This document shows positions 41,030 through 51,550 of a stretch of 64,000 bases of DNA, piece by piece. Source of the stretch: an uncultured Gammaproteobacteria bacterium (GTDB lineage Bacteria > Patescibacteriota > Microgenomatia > JALYQM01); the NCBI GenBank assembly GCA_964535655.1, contig CAZHTP010000006.1, positions 1,532 through 65,531 on the forward strand, in the 5' to 3' direction. The position numbers were made by a program, and so were the translations under genes. Under the pieces are notes generated by a model. The model worked only from the letters and a program-made list of their open reading frames with translations, was not told the DNA's origin and made no database searches. The stretch's first letter is position 1. Each line of letters opens with the position of its first letter.

Positions 41030-42124
41030 TTAACCATTAATTATTCCTAGTAATTTATAAAATGCATACAACTTTGCACCGGCATTTCCTTTTTGATCTA
41101 GTATTTCCTCAACAATCCCATCTTTCTGCAATTGTTCCACAAATCTAACAGCCGTCAATCGAGCCTTTAATCCTAATTTTTCTTGCAATTTTGGGATAGT
41201 AAATATTGGTGAATCAAACATGAAATCAATAAATCTACTCATGTACGGGGATTTGGATGTTTCATACTTTGACTGAATTTCTTTGTGCAAAGTTTTGATA
41301 CTTTCTATCAGATGCAGTGTCTCTTTCGCTTGCTCTGTAATTGCACTAAAAAAGAATCTTAACCAGCCTTCATATTCCCCAGAGCTATCCACTTTCCTAA
41401 GCGCCTCTCTGTATTCATCAGGGCGCGCTTCAAAATACCCGCTACTATAAACTATAGGTAGGGATAAATCACCTTTATAATGCAGAACCAAAGGAATTAA
41501 TAATCTCCCAATTCTACCGTTACCATCTTCAAACGGATGAACCGCTTCAAATTGGTAGTGTATTACTCCAGCCTTCACTAATGGCATATCCCCTTCGTCA
41601 TCCTCTATATATTTCAAAATATTGTCCATATAGGCTGGTATATGAATATGTTCAGGCGGAACATACAGGGCTTTTTCAATTGGATCTGTTGCTCTTTCGG
41701 CAATCCAAACTTTATCTGAACGAAAAGCTCCCAAAGCTCCTTTATGTCGCACACCTTTTAATAATGTTCCATGTAATGATTTAATTAGTTGAGAAGTTAG
41801 CTGACCTCCAACTTTAATTCCATGTATTGCATCAAGCATTGCAATTCTATAGTTAGACACTACCGGGGTATCTGAAAATGTCGGCTTTCCACCTGCATCG
41901 TAAATATATATATCCGAGGAAGTACTCTGTGTCCCTTCGATTTTAGAGCTAACTGCCGCTTCTCTAGCGACGAGAGGGCCGATCAAGTGCATTGCATTCT
42001 TCACTCCACCCTGCGAACCTTGAAGTAGACCTATAGCATATTGAGCTGTAGCTAATTCTTTTGCAAACTTACCATAGTCAAGTTTTGGGGGTAAATATTC
42101 AGGTAAATGATGTTTTATCTTCAT
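41030..42124 (-). CDS. Fic/DOC family protein (AMPylation/phosphocholination toxin-like)
   Basis: Fic motif HPFEDGNGRIGRL. 364 aa with a C-terminal winged-helix-like region. Confidence 0.85.
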   Translation of the reverse strand: MKIKHHLPEYLPPKLDYGKFAKELATAQYAIGLLQGSQGGVKNAMHLIGPLVAREAAVSSKIEGTQSTSSDIYIYDAGGKPTFSDTPVVSNYRIAMLDAIHGIKVGGQLTSQLIKSLHGTLLKGVRHKGALGAFRSDKVWIAERATDPIEKALYVPPEHIHIPAYMDNILKYIEDDEGDMPLVKAGVIHYQFEAVHPFEDGNGRIGRLLIPLVLHYKGDLSLPIVYSSGYFEARPDEYREALRKVDSSGEYEGWLRFFFSAITEQAKETLHLIESIKTLHKEIQSKYETSKSPYMSRFIDFMFDSPIFTIPKLQEKLGLKARLTAVRFVEQLQKDGIVEEILDQKGNAGAKLYAFYKLLGIING

Positions 42125-42486
42125 TTCAGCTATAATATCACAGTATATCAGAATGTAAAGATTCTGTTATATACAATCAAAAGTGTATAACACTAGTGAT
42201 ATATCCGTTAATTCTGTATATCAGTATTACGAAAATATGATACAAACTTCCAAACAGTGTATCTTTCCTGTTATAGAGAAACATTATATGGAAAAGGCCG
42301 GCGGGGTCTGGGATTGTGCGATAAAGTGAATGATTGATGCTTGTGGCATCCCTCATGCTTCGTCTGCACGCTCCGCTTTTGACCCGACCGGCCTTCTCTC
42401 TGCTCGACACGAATGTCTCTCACAACGCCACGCTTTCGCGCAGTCCGCTCATGCAGTTGCATGACGTTGTGAGAGACTTCAAATTA

Positions 42487-42924
42487 CTATTGGGTCGCCA
42501 CGCAAGGGCGCCGATTGTAGATAGGCAGAATGGTGACCAGCCCTTGGCGAACGTCAGCGGCAGCAGCGACTTGCAGGGACTCTACGTATCCGGTACAGCC
42601 GTTGATGTTAATGCGTTGGACGTAGTAGTCGCCATCCTGGATCACGTTGAACAACTCGCCACCTGCGGACTCGTAGACTGAGTCGATGTCGTTGTAGTCG
42701 ATAACGCGGCCACTGCTGTCGGTGATCTCCGTGTTGGTGGCATTGACATGGATGAGTCCATTGGGTGCAGCATCGTCGCTGAGATCGGCCAGGTCGACCT
42801 GCTGGGTGGAGGTGGGGTTCTGGATCTGTGTAATCAGTTTGCTCGGGTCGAGGTTCACCGCGCCGCCATTCTCTACGTTAATGACGAGGTTGTTTGAATT
42901 GTTTTGGGAAAAATAACCCTCCAT
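42487..42924 (-). CDS. Hypothetical protein in a GC-rich patch. Frame assignment uncertain.
   Basis: Local GC is far above the genome background. Long ORFs appear on both strands. Confidence 0.25.
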   Translation of the reverse strand: MEGYFSQNNSNNLVINVENGGAVNLDPSKLITQIQNPTSTQQVDLADLSDDAAPNGLIHVNATNTEITDSSGRVIDYNDIDSVYESAGGELFNVIQDGDYYVQRININGCTGYVESLQVAAAADVRQGLVTILPIYNRRPCVATQ

Positions 42925-43331
42925 TTATAATCGGTGATGCCGATAGGCTCATTGCCCTATTACAGAGTGACGATGCCAATCATACCATAGCTGTGAGGGT
43001 TGCTCAGAAACTAGTCGAGCAACAGACCGAGGTACTATTCCCAATGACAGCCATTATTGAAGCAGCCACAACCTTACAACGACGGTTAAACAGCCCGCAG
43101 TTAGCAGAGATTGTGCGTGACCAGGTGATTGCTGGGAAATTGCTCATCGAAAAAGTCGAGAAAGACACGCTACAAAAAGCCAGCCAGCTTTTTGACCCAC
43201 TTGGCTCCAAACAAAATACGCTCCTTGACGCTATTGTAGCCACGGTTGCTCGCAAGTATGCTGCCGCTGGTATCTTTTCCTTTGACGGGTGGTACACCAA
43301 ACAAGGTTTCCTGCTGATACCACAGATGTAA
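42894..43331 (+). CDS. PIN domain protein (VapC-like RNase)
   Basis: C-terminal LLDAIVATVA...FSFDG pattern of a PIN catalytic Asp-containing helix. Confidence 0.5.
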   Translation: MNCFGKNNPPFIIGDADRLIALLQSDDANHTIAVRVAQKLVEQQTEVLFPMTAIIEAATTLQRRLNSPQLAEIVRDQVIAGKLLIEKVEKDTLQKASQLFDPLGSKQNTLLDAIVATVARKYAAAGIFSFDGWYTKQGFLLIPQM

Positions 43332-43345
43332 GGGTCTCACGTCTT

Positions 43346-43412
43346 GTATAAAGTAGTCGTCCTTAAAGCGTATGTAATACATACCTTCTTTATCAGACTT
43401 GGCTGCCCTCAA
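43346..43412 (-). pseudogene. Short fragment homologous to peptidase E (57496-58158), residues about 36-55
   Basis: AKSDKEGMYYIRFKDDY vs AKSDKEGKYYTRFKDYY. About 85% nucleotide identity over about 48 nt. Confidence 0.5.
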
Positions 43413-43782
43413 CTTCTACTTGAAACCCACCATACATCATTCGCTTCATATCCACAGGCATCTGAAAATCTTTTAGTTCTGCCATCTGTTGTCCCATCTC
43501 TTCCATTACTTTCGCATTCACTTCATCACGATGCTCTTTTGATTTAAAGACAATAAATGAAAACCACACTGTCTCGCCGCTAGAAGCTCCCATGACATCA
43601 GGAAAAGCACGTGATTTCTCATCACCCATCTCTGCAGCCTTAAGGTCATTGCCACTACATTCATAGTATGCAAGTGCACCATTTTTGATCCATGAGTCTC
43701 TACCCATCTCAGCCATTTTTTTGTATTCTTCAGACTTATCTTTTGGAACAACGAGTACAAACCCATCCACATATTTTTCCAT
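43393..43782 (-). CDS. DUF1428 family protein
   Basis: YVDGFVLVVPKDK...YYEC...FIVFKSKEHRDEVNAKVM...MKRMMYGGF. Confidence 0.7.
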   Translation of the reverse strand: MEKYVDGFVLVVPKDKSEEYKKMAEMGRDSWIKNGALAYYECSGNDLKAAEMGDEKSRAFPDVMGASSGETVWFSFIVFKSKEHRDEVNAKVMEEMGQQMAELKDFQMPVDMKRMMYGGFQVEVEGSQV

Positions 43783-44018
43783 AATATTGACCTTTCTTTT
43801 ACTAAATCTGAATACAATTACATTATACTAAAAAAACCTAAATGTAGTAACTCAGTTGGCGCTAAAAAAGAGCCATTTCAAAACGGTATCCCGTTTCTGA
43901 ACGGTATCGGTATCCGATGCTCCCCCTAGTAAATACGCTTAGAACTTTTGACTACTCTATATTTCAGGTCCACTACTAGCTCTAGCAAAATAACAAACAT
44001 TTAGAGTAAACTATAATT

Positions 44019-45257
44019 ATGGAAAAAGGTAATGACTTAAATAACCTTGAAACTGGTAATCTGCAACCTCAACAAACCCAATCTGGCACAAAACAACAAT
44101 CAGTTAACGAAACTTTACCACAATCCCCACAACCCCAACCTAGTAAGAAATGGTTAATTCCAGGATTGATTGTCCTCGTCTTACTATCCGTTAGCCTTGC
44201 TGGTTATTTTGACTATCAAAACACTCAACCAAAAAAACAATCTAGTTCAATTCAACCAACACCCATATCTTCTACCCCTCAAGCTATGTCACCCACCAAT
44301 ACCCCTGTAAACAAACCGGAATTAAGCAACAAGCTTATTTCATATACTACAAACGAAGGATTGGTTGTGTCTGACATTGATGGAAATAATAAAAAGGTTG
44401 TTTTTACAGTAAAAGACCCTTATTTTTCTTGGGATTGGAACCCCAAGGCAAATGAAGTTGTTGCAAGTAATGGAATTATGAAAAATTTAGATACTGGCAT
44501 TGAAAAGAAAGTCCCAAGTGGTAGATGTCATAACTGGTCTCCTGATGGGAAAATGATTGCTTACGAAGGTTCGAGTGGTCTTTACTATGTTGAGGTAAGT
44601 AATCTTGCAAGCCCCATCAAAATTTCTGAGACTGGCGAGTTATGTGGTGGCTCCAACAGCGTTTTCCATTGGTCGCCAGATAGCAAATCCCTAATATACC
44701 TGACTAGTAATGGTGCTGGAATTACCAGCGAAGTAATTCACTCTATTATGAAGTATGACATTAACAGTCGGTCTACTACGAAAATATACCAAGATGAAAA
44801 AAGTTCTGGTCAAATTAGAACCCCATCAATTTCACCAGATGGAACAAAAGTGATGTTTATGATGAGTGTTGATAAAGGGAACAATTCTCAATTGACTGAA
44901 AATGTTTACACTATAAACATAGATGGTTCAGGCCTCACTCAACTTACAAATTTAGAGGCAGAAGGTGAATATGGTCAAGGTATAGGTATGCCTATTTTTA
45001 GCACGGATAGTAAGAGCATCTTCTTTGTCAGTAATAGCACTATAAGCAAATATCAAGGTTTAACAATGTTGGATATTCAACCAAAAACGATTACTCGTCT
45101 GGCAAACGAGACTGCAAACGCATATTCGCCCGCAACTGTTTCTCCTGATGGTAAATATGTAGCATATGACGCTTTTGGTAAAGTAGTAGTAGTCAACTTG
45201 CAAACAAAAGACAAAACTCTAATCAGCAACGCAGGGTTTGTGTTGTGGCAAAAATAA
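44019..45257 (+). CDS. TolB-like beta-propeller (PD40/WD40-like repeat) protein with N-terminal TM anchor
   Basis: Repeated WSPDGK / SPDGT / VSPDGKYVAY motifs. Confidence 0.7.
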   Translation: MEKGNDLNNLETGNLQPQQTQSGTKQQSVNETLPQSPQPQPSKKWLIPGLIVLVLLSVSLAGYFDYQNTQPKKQSSSIQPTPISSTPQAMSPTNTPVNKPELSNKLISYTTNEGLVVSDIDGNNKKVVFTVKDPYFSWDWNPKANEVVASNGIMKNLDTGIEKKVPSGRCHNWSPDGKMIAYEGSSGLYYVEVSNLASPIKISETGELCGGSNSVFHWSPDSKSLIYLTSNGAGITSEVIHSIMKYDINSRSTTKIYQDEKSSGQIRTPSISPDGTKVMFMMSVDKGNNSQLTENVYTINIDGSGLTQLTNLEAEGEYGQGIGMPIFSTDSKSIFFVSNSTISKYQGLTMLDIQPKTITRLANETANAYSPATVSPDGKYVAYDAFGKVVVVNLQTKDKTLISNAGFVLWQK

Positions 45258-45371
45258 TTCCTCAAAAATAAGCTCCTTACTTTTTAATCCACAAGATTAA
45301 CTCCAAGCAGTATAATTGCATTGGAGCATAGTAATGAAAAAAGTAACGAAACTACCATAAGTTGACCTGGA

Positions 45372-45969
45372 TTTAGATAAGGTTAGCGATAATAAAAATA
45401 TCACTTTAGAAAAACTGAACCAGTTGTCCCTTGAAGAACGAGTCAAGTTTATTGAGCCAATTGTTCAGGCAAATAATGAGCAGTTTAGTAGACTTGCTAA
45501 TACAATTGCCGAAGTAGCCAACTTTGGTAAAACCTTTAGCAACCTTGCTGCCTCGATAAGATTACCTATTATTGACATTTTAGATAACCTTAAGCTCCCA
45601 GAGTTATCACAGATATCCGATTTTTATAGGGGTATTGATAGCAAAGCTATAAGTTTTGAAAGATATGACCCGCCAGTGACGATTAAAAAATCCAAATCGG
45701 AACTTGAGTTAGATGACGAAAGAAAAAAATTAACAGAAAAAAAGAATAAACTACTTTCCAATAACCAGGATTGGAAGCAAAAAGCTTCGAACTTCTTTTT
45801 AACGCTTATTGATGCTAAAAACAAATTTCTAGAAGCAAATCAGGAAAAACAGTACGCTTCTGTGAGACGTGTATCTTCGAACCTCTTACTACTAAACAAA
45901 AGTGTTATTGTAGAGGACAAAACGCCGTATTCATATCTCTTAAATTATCAATCTGTACTATTGGGCTGA
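45372..45969 (+). pseudogene. 3' remnant of a large serine recombinase (coiled-coil/C-terminal region only)
   Basis: C-terminal about 80 aa and DNA (gcttcgaacttcttttta) nearly identical to the C-terminus of the recombinase at 54903-56443. No catalytic N-terminal domain. Confidence 0.65.
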
Positions 45970-46058
45970 GAGCGTTTCAAAACGGGCGCTTGGCATAGGT
46001 AGATTAGGGGATGATGTAAGGATAAATAAGTAGTTTCACTAGGTGAAGAGAAATATAA

Positions 46059-47013
46059 GATAGAATAATAAGATATGAAAAAAAGTATGGGTGTCCAACA
46101 TGTAAGAGTAACGAAGTAATACGCAAAGGGGTACGAGAAGGAAGAGAACGGTATAAGTGTAAAGGATGTGGCAAATGGTTTTCAATTAACAGGAAGGCAA
46201 AAGTAAGTAATAAGCAACTGTTACTTGAACACATTGATGGGTATTCTTTTCGTACCCTAGCACTTCATCACAACAGTTCAGCGGCAACAATATACAGACA
46301 GTGCAAAAAAGCATGGGAAGAATTACCGCATTGTGCAGACATAACGAGAAAGTACTGCAACCGGTTTAGTGGGACATTACTGGTTGATGGGAAGTATGTA
46401 AAAGTAAAAGGATACGAGCGAGAGATACCCGTGTTGTATGGAGTAGACTACTATACACATGACATACCAACATATTTGTTTTCAATAGGAGAGAATTACC
46501 AAACATGTGATGAATTTTTTCGAGACTTACGGTTACTCAATTATCCACTCCAAAATCTTGTGTGTGATGACAACAAAAATATATACCAAGCGTGTAGTCA
46601 CACATACCCGAAGGTAGTAACACAACTGTGCTTGAATCACTACAAAGAAAATCTAAGAAGGATTCTTCAATCACGAAGACAAGGAAATGAGTACTATGCA
46701 AAATTTATGTATGAAATAACGCAACTATTTGCCAAGAAGAGGTCGCGTGTTGAGTTCAATACACATGCAACAAAGAGTAGATATGCTGTGTGCTCACTGG
46801 TACAACAAGGAAATACCTCAGACAAATAATTTAATAGAGGGATTAAATTCACATTTGGAAGCTCGTTTAAAGACTATCCAAGGTTTTGAAACATTTGACC
46901 ATGCAGATAATTGGTTAAACAGTTATTTCCTCAGAAGAAGGCTCAGACCATTTACTGACTGCAATAAAAAGTTTAAAGAACTAAACGGAAAAATATCTTT
47001 ACAGCAAACATGA
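46059..47013 (+). mobile_element. IS1-family-like DDE transposase gene, disrupted. Frame change near 46780 and no in-frame ATG at the 5' end.
   Basis: N-terminal Zn ribbon CPTC...CKGC, HTH, DDE-like LLVDGKYVKV / VCDDNKN. C-terminal NNLIEGLNSHLEARLK in +1 frame. Confidence 0.6.
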
Positions 47014-47073
47014 GACTGTCAAGTCTTTTGTGTAAATGGGATTTAGATTCATAAATATTTTGTTAACCTCCCC

Positions 47074-47517
47074 TCAAACATAATGGCAAACTGAGAGATA
47101 GCAATAAAGTTTCTCGACAAATAAGTCATTTATTGAATGCACGCTTACATTAACTGACTTATCCTTAAAAGAATACTCCTTTATGCTGTACTCGCAAATA
47201 GTAGAAGGAACAACATAAATATCAATGTGCAATATTTCGTTTTTATTATCATAAAAAGTAATTCGGTTATCCTTATAAAGACTGGATCGATTATGGGCAG
47301 TATCCCCATCGCAGTATAAAAATCTCAATGAATTCTTAGTAAGATATTCTAAGGATTTACTATTCTCAATCGTTAAATCTACATCGTAGGAATAGTTACG
47401 ATTGAATTGAAAGATTTTTACAATGGCAGTCCCTCCTTGCACATGGACAACATCTTTTAAGAGAAAGTCTGAGTAGAGATTAAATAGAAAGCAATTAATA
47501 TATTGTTCTGTTGTCAT
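47074..47517 (-). CDS. Pol-beta-fold nucleotidyltransferase domain protein (AbiEii/minimal NTase-like), possibly truncated
   Basis: QGGTAIVKIF...SYDVDLT motif (GG[ST]x9-13DxD). Ends near the IS. Confidence 0.45.
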   Translation of the reverse strand: MTTEQYINCFLFNLYSDFLLKDVVHVQGGTAIVKIFQFNRNYSYDVDLTIENSKSLEYLTKNSLRFLYCDGDTAHNRSSLYKDNRITFYDNKNEILHIDIYVVPSTICEYSIKEYSFKDKSVNVSVHSINDLFVEKLYCYLSVCHYV

Positions 47518-48308
47518 AATGTATCGATAAAAGCAGTTATTTTATTTAGCGAATTAGAGTCAATTATTCCTTTAGTTTTTTTGGTATATATTAAGTCATA
47601 TAAATTAAAAAAGAATTTTTGAGTACGAATCATTTCTTCAAAACATAAAGGAGAATTATATTCCTGTATAAAAATATCTTCTAACTCTGCTACAAGATTA
47701 GTTAAATGGAAGAATTGAACAACATCAGAAATGCCAACATCTATTCTACAGTCAGTCCAATCAATAAATTTAACCTCATCCTTTTTAGTAAAAATTATAT
47801 TATTACCGCTTAAATCACCGTGAACAATCGATAAAGAATAAGCAACTTGCTCTAATTCAGTCCTTAGCTCAACAAGGTTAAACATGGCCTTATCTATATT
47901 CAAGATCGACTTTACCCATTCTTGGCTATCTCCAACAATTAAGTCAAAAACTAAAATAGGATCGTACTTTTTATCTTTATATATAAAATTATCGAAGTGA
48001 TTATAAGTATTATCGCTTAGAAAAAATCTATGTATTTGCGAGAGCGACTGAGCAATTTGCCTAATCTGATGTTCTGATGGATTAGGGATGGAGTTATACA
48101 TATCACCTTCAATAAACTCTTCAAGGAAGCCATCGGGTGTATAGCTCTCACAATACGGCACATGTCCAGTCTGAATCAAAAGTCGTTGAATAAAATACTC
48201 AGTTTCTTGTACTGATTTATCTTGAACACTTTTATGTACCCAACGCTTACCGTCTTTTGTAATAAATTCGTTATTATGGGGGTTATCAGTAAATATTATT
48301 TTAGCCAT
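47514..48308 (-). CDS. Aminoglycoside-phosphotransferase-like (APH/choline kinase fold) small-molecule kinase
   Basis: SIVHGDLSGNNIIF catalytic loop and FIDWTD motif. Confidence 0.7.
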   Translation of the reverse strand: MAKIIFTDNPHNNEFITKDGKRWVHKSVQDKSVQETEYFIQRLLIQTGHVPYCESYTPDGFLEEFIEGDMYNSIPNPSEHQIRQIAQSLSQIHRFFLSDNTYNHFDNFIYKDKKYDPILVFDLIVGDSQEWVKSILNIDKAMFNLVELRTELEQVAYSLSIVHGDLSGNNIIFTKKDEVKFIDWTDCRIDVGISDVVQFFHLTNLVAELEDIFIQEYNSPLCFEEMIRTQKFFFNLYDLIYTKKTKGIIDSNSLNKITAFIDTL

Positions 48309-48942
48309 TTATTGTGAATTGAGTGTTAAACCATTTCCTGAAATCTTTATATCCATTGTCGTAGTCAATATATTGATAAAAATTGCCGCCAAAGTCTTTC
48401 ATAAATTCTCCATTTTTTGGCTTATCATCAATAAAAAGGGTTTGCTCTGGCTCTATTGAAAGCTTGTCTAAAACGTATCTTAAAAATTTACCATCATTAT
48501 GTGATTTAAGCATCTGATATTTTGAAGAAGAAAAAATATTATCAAAGTGATAATTAAGCTCATTAAGTGGGACAAAAATATTATCAAAGACATCCATATT
48601 ATCTGTAAAGATTGAAACAGTCACGCCATTAGTGCGAAGTTCTTTAGCAAATTTAAACAAGTTACTATTCATTTTCATTTTCTTAACACTATCAATTAAG
48701 CTCTTATTTAAAAAGTCCTCGTCCACTTGGATTTGCTCAGATACAATTGAATGGATATCTCTGTACGATTTATCTCCGATCATCCAAGTCTGTATTAATG
48801 GCCATGCTTCTTTACTAAAAATTTTACTTATAATTTTTTCTTTTATATCTGATTTCTTTGGAGAAATAGTGCTATAAAACCTACCGTTCGACAAAACCCC
48901 ATCAAAATCGAATAATACAGACTTTATGTTATTGTTTTTCAT
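48301..48942 (-). CDS. HAD superfamily hydrolase/phosphatase
   Basis: Motif I VLFDFDGVL. C-terminal FIDDKPKN motif IV. Confidence 0.7.
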   Translation of the reverse strand: MKNNNIKSVLFDFDGVLSNGRFYSTISPKKSDIKEKIISKIFSKEAWPLIQTWMIGDKSYRDIHSIVSEQIQVDEDFLNKSLIDSVKKMKMNSNLFKFAKELRTNGVTVSIFTDNMDVFDNIFVPLNELNYHFDNIFSSSKYQMLKSHNDGKFLRYVLDKLSIEPEQTLFIDDKPKNGEFMKDFGGNFYQYIDYDNGYKDFRKWFNTQFTING

Positions 48943-48946
48943 ATAA

Positions 48947-50194
48947 TTATATATTTAAATTAATGCTACTTATTAATTTATCATAAAAACTATCGAGTTT
49001 TTGACTCATTTGCTGTTCTGTTATCTCCAGTCCTCTTTTTATCGAACTATCCCAAAGAGCATATCTTTGATCTTTTGTCCTATTTTCTAGTTCAGCATCC
49101 CCTGTAAAACTGTTCTTATCTTCAACATAGTTTTTATATTCCATTAATGCAAACGTCATAGCATAATCGAGATTAGCTTTAAGGTAAAAAGAGAGAAAGC
49201 TTCCAATCTTAACTTTTAAAAATGTTTCATTATCTACACGACATCCCGTCTGAGAAAATGCTTGATTTGACATAACTCTAATTTCTTCTAGCGAGTATGG
49301 AATTGATTGATATTTTATATTTTTTAATGAAGGATCTAATCGGTCTTTTGAAGACCCGTATTTAAGATGAGTACATGCAATTCGTGCATCTGGTAAATGA
49401 TAAATAGTATATCCATGATTAATAACATTATGTGCTAATTCTAAGTGTTCCGAGTAGTCATTTGCCCATACTGACAAATCCAAAAAATTGCCTGATTTTA
49501 AAATAGCATCTCTGTTATTTATAGTTGGAACCTTAAAGGTATCTACTTGGAAAGGTTTGAGAATAGTTTTAGTATCATCAAAATAAATATTTTGAGTTGT
49601 TCTGTATTCAGTTGGATAACAGTCAAAATTATGATAAAACCATGCATTTTTAAAGTCTGTTCGTCCAATTTTCTCTATATGCTCATCTCTCACAAAATCG
49701 ACTTGATAATCTTCAATCATTGGAAGATTAATACAGGCAAGATTTTCATCACGACTCTGTAATTCGATGTATGCAATTAGCCCACCCAAAATAAAGTCCT
49801 TTTTATACAAGCAGTCATCATCGACTAGAAAGAAAATATTATTAGAGATCGCATCTATACCTTCTCTACGACTAAAAGAGCATCCTTTTCTAAAATTCCT
49901 AGATATAACTTTAATATTCAACTTATATTTAGAACGAAGCCAGTCAAGATTTTCCAAAGTATAGTCAGTTGAACCATCAACAACTACTAGAAATTCAATG
50001 GTTTGGGAATATGATCCATTAATCAAAGTCAAAAAAGCCCATGTCAATGGGTTGAGCATGAAGTCTTTATTTGGACATCTGTTATATGTCACAAAAATAA
50101 TGCTAAAAGCTAATTCTGCAATTTGAGGATATTTCTGCAATAGACTGACCACTTGTTGGTCAGATAATTGAGGCGATGGAAGATTAGACTGCAT
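48947..50194 (-). CDS. Family 2 glycosyltransferase
   Basis: IIFVTYNR...VVVDGSTD GT2 N-terminal motifs. Confidence 0.7.
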   Translation of the reverse strand: MQSNLPSPQLSDQQVVSLLQKYPQIAELAFSIIFVTYNRCPNKDFMLNPLTWAFLTLINGSYSQTIEFLVVVDGSTDYTLENLDWLRSKYKLNIKVISRNFRKGCSFSRREGIDAISNNIFFLVDDDCLYKKDFILGGLIAYIELQSRDENLACINLPMIEDYQVDFVRDEHIEKIGRTDFKNAWFYHNFDCYPTEYRTTQNIYFDDTKTILKPFQVDTFKVPTINNRDAILKSGNFLDLSVWANDYSEHLELAHNVINHGYTIYHLPDARIACTHLKYGSSKDRLDPSLKNIKYQSIPYSLEEIRVMSNQAFSQTGCRVDNETFLKVKIGSFLSFYLKANLDYAMTFALMEYKNYVEDKNSFTGDAELENRTKDQRYALWDSSIKRGLEITEQQMSQKLDSFYDKLISSINLNI

Positions 50195-50279
50195 TTGTCA
50201 GCATAATAGACTTAAGCTTTGTTGAAGTCAAGGCTATAAATAAGCTATTTCAATATAAAAATCACTGAAATTAAAATTA

Positions 50280-50489
50280 TCAGTTAAACAACTCACTCAT
50301 CCGACATTTCAACACCTGAGAAATTCTAAAAATCGTATAAACTGGAGAGTTCGCTTCGCCTCTCTCAATTCGACTCAACGTCGTGTAGTGAATACCTACT
50401 TTGTGCGAAAGTTCCTCTTGAGACAAGCCCATCTCCTCACGGAACTTCCTAATACGTTTACCCAACTCGATATTAACTTTATACTTCAT
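50280..50489 (-). CDS. XRE/Cro-C1 family HTH transcriptional regulator
   Basis: LGKRIRKFREEMGLSQEELSHKVGIHYTTLSRIERG. Confidence 0.8.
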   Translation of the reverse strand: MKYKVNIELGKRIRKFREEMGLSQEELSHKVGIHYTTLSRIERGEANSPVYTIFRISQVLKCRMSELFN

Positions 50490-50588
50490 TACTTTACAAC
50501 GTAATGAAAGTCGGGTTTAATGAGTATAGCGTCAGACGCTATATTTGAGTTATAATCAAGCGTGAAGAAGAACAAGTCACAATAACCT

Positions 50589-51401
50589 ATGGCACAAACA
50601 CAATACATATGTTCAAACTGCAACCATCTCGGAAAAGGAAAAATAAAATATCAAGGGAGCTTCTTTATCGAGGCAATTTTATGGTTATTCTTCATAATCC
50701 CTGGACTGATTTACTCCGCTTGGCGCAGTAACAGCAAGCAATATATTTGCACCCAATGCGGAAGCAGTCCACTAATTCCAACTAATACGCCTAAGGGTCA
50801 AGAGTTATACAAATCAATCCAAGAAAAACACCCAGATACAATCGCAGCAAACCAACAAGAAGGAATAACAGCTTCAAAATCACGACGCAAAAAGTTCATC
50901 ACTTATATGGGTTTAGCAATATTTTTTATAATCGGGTTCACCACAATTCGAAACCTAGCCACATCACAACCAATAGAAGGCTCACAACAAGTTCAATCAA
51001 TCACGCTGACAAATACACCTAGTCCAACAACATTACTTATCGATATTCCCTATCAAACATATCCAACTCAAATAGATAATGAAGTAAATACAGATTTTGA
51101 AACAAAAAATATAATAATCGATCCAAAATATGTAAATCAAACGGATTTAACCGCATTAGGAGAAAAACTTAAAAACGAAACCAAAAATCAATCGCATGTC
51201 TTTATTTCTATTTACGACAATACTAAGGCTGCTCAACTACGCGACAAGGCAACAAGAGATGAACTAAACAAAACTGACGCAACATTTTATGACAAACATT
51301 TTGTCGGGCAATACACAAAAAATACAGCAACCGGCTTTCATCAGTTTCAAATATATATCAACGGCTTAAGCGGTAAAAATCAAAAGACGATTACTTACTA
51401 A
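50589..51401 (+). CDS. LITAF-like membrane-inserted zinc-ribbon protein with long Thr/Gln-rich C-terminal region
   Basis: CSNC - 23-residue hydrophobic stretch - CTQC, the LITAF/SIMPLE architecture. Confidence 0.45.
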   Translation: MAQTQYICSNCNHLGKGKIKYQGSFFIEAILWLFFIIPGLIYSAWRSNSKQYICTQCGSSPLIPTNTPKGQELYKSIQEKHPDTIAANQQEGITASKSRRKKFITYMGLAIFFIIGFTTIRNLATSQPIEGSQQVQSITLTNTPSPTTLLIDIPYQTYPTQIDNEVNTDFETKNIIIDPKYVNQTDLTALGEKLKNETKNQSHVFISIYDNTKAAQLRDKATRDELNKTDATFYDKHFVGQYTKNTATGFHQFQIYINGLSGKNQKTITY

Positions 51402-51550
51402 CTTCACCAATTATCAACCAGCATACACAGCTACAGAAGCTCTTAGGCCATTCGTTTAGTAGTTTTAACAAAATAAAATTTCATAATAAGTTAAAGTAAT
51501 TATCTTATGATCATCTCAGAGCAATATTTAAGTCTCTGAAAACTCCTGCC

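Noticed and set aside
42334-42681. Plus-strand 115-aa ORF in the GC-rich patch
   Set aside because: High GC generates long ORFs on both strands. No support over the overlapping minus-strand ORF. Neither assignment is secure.
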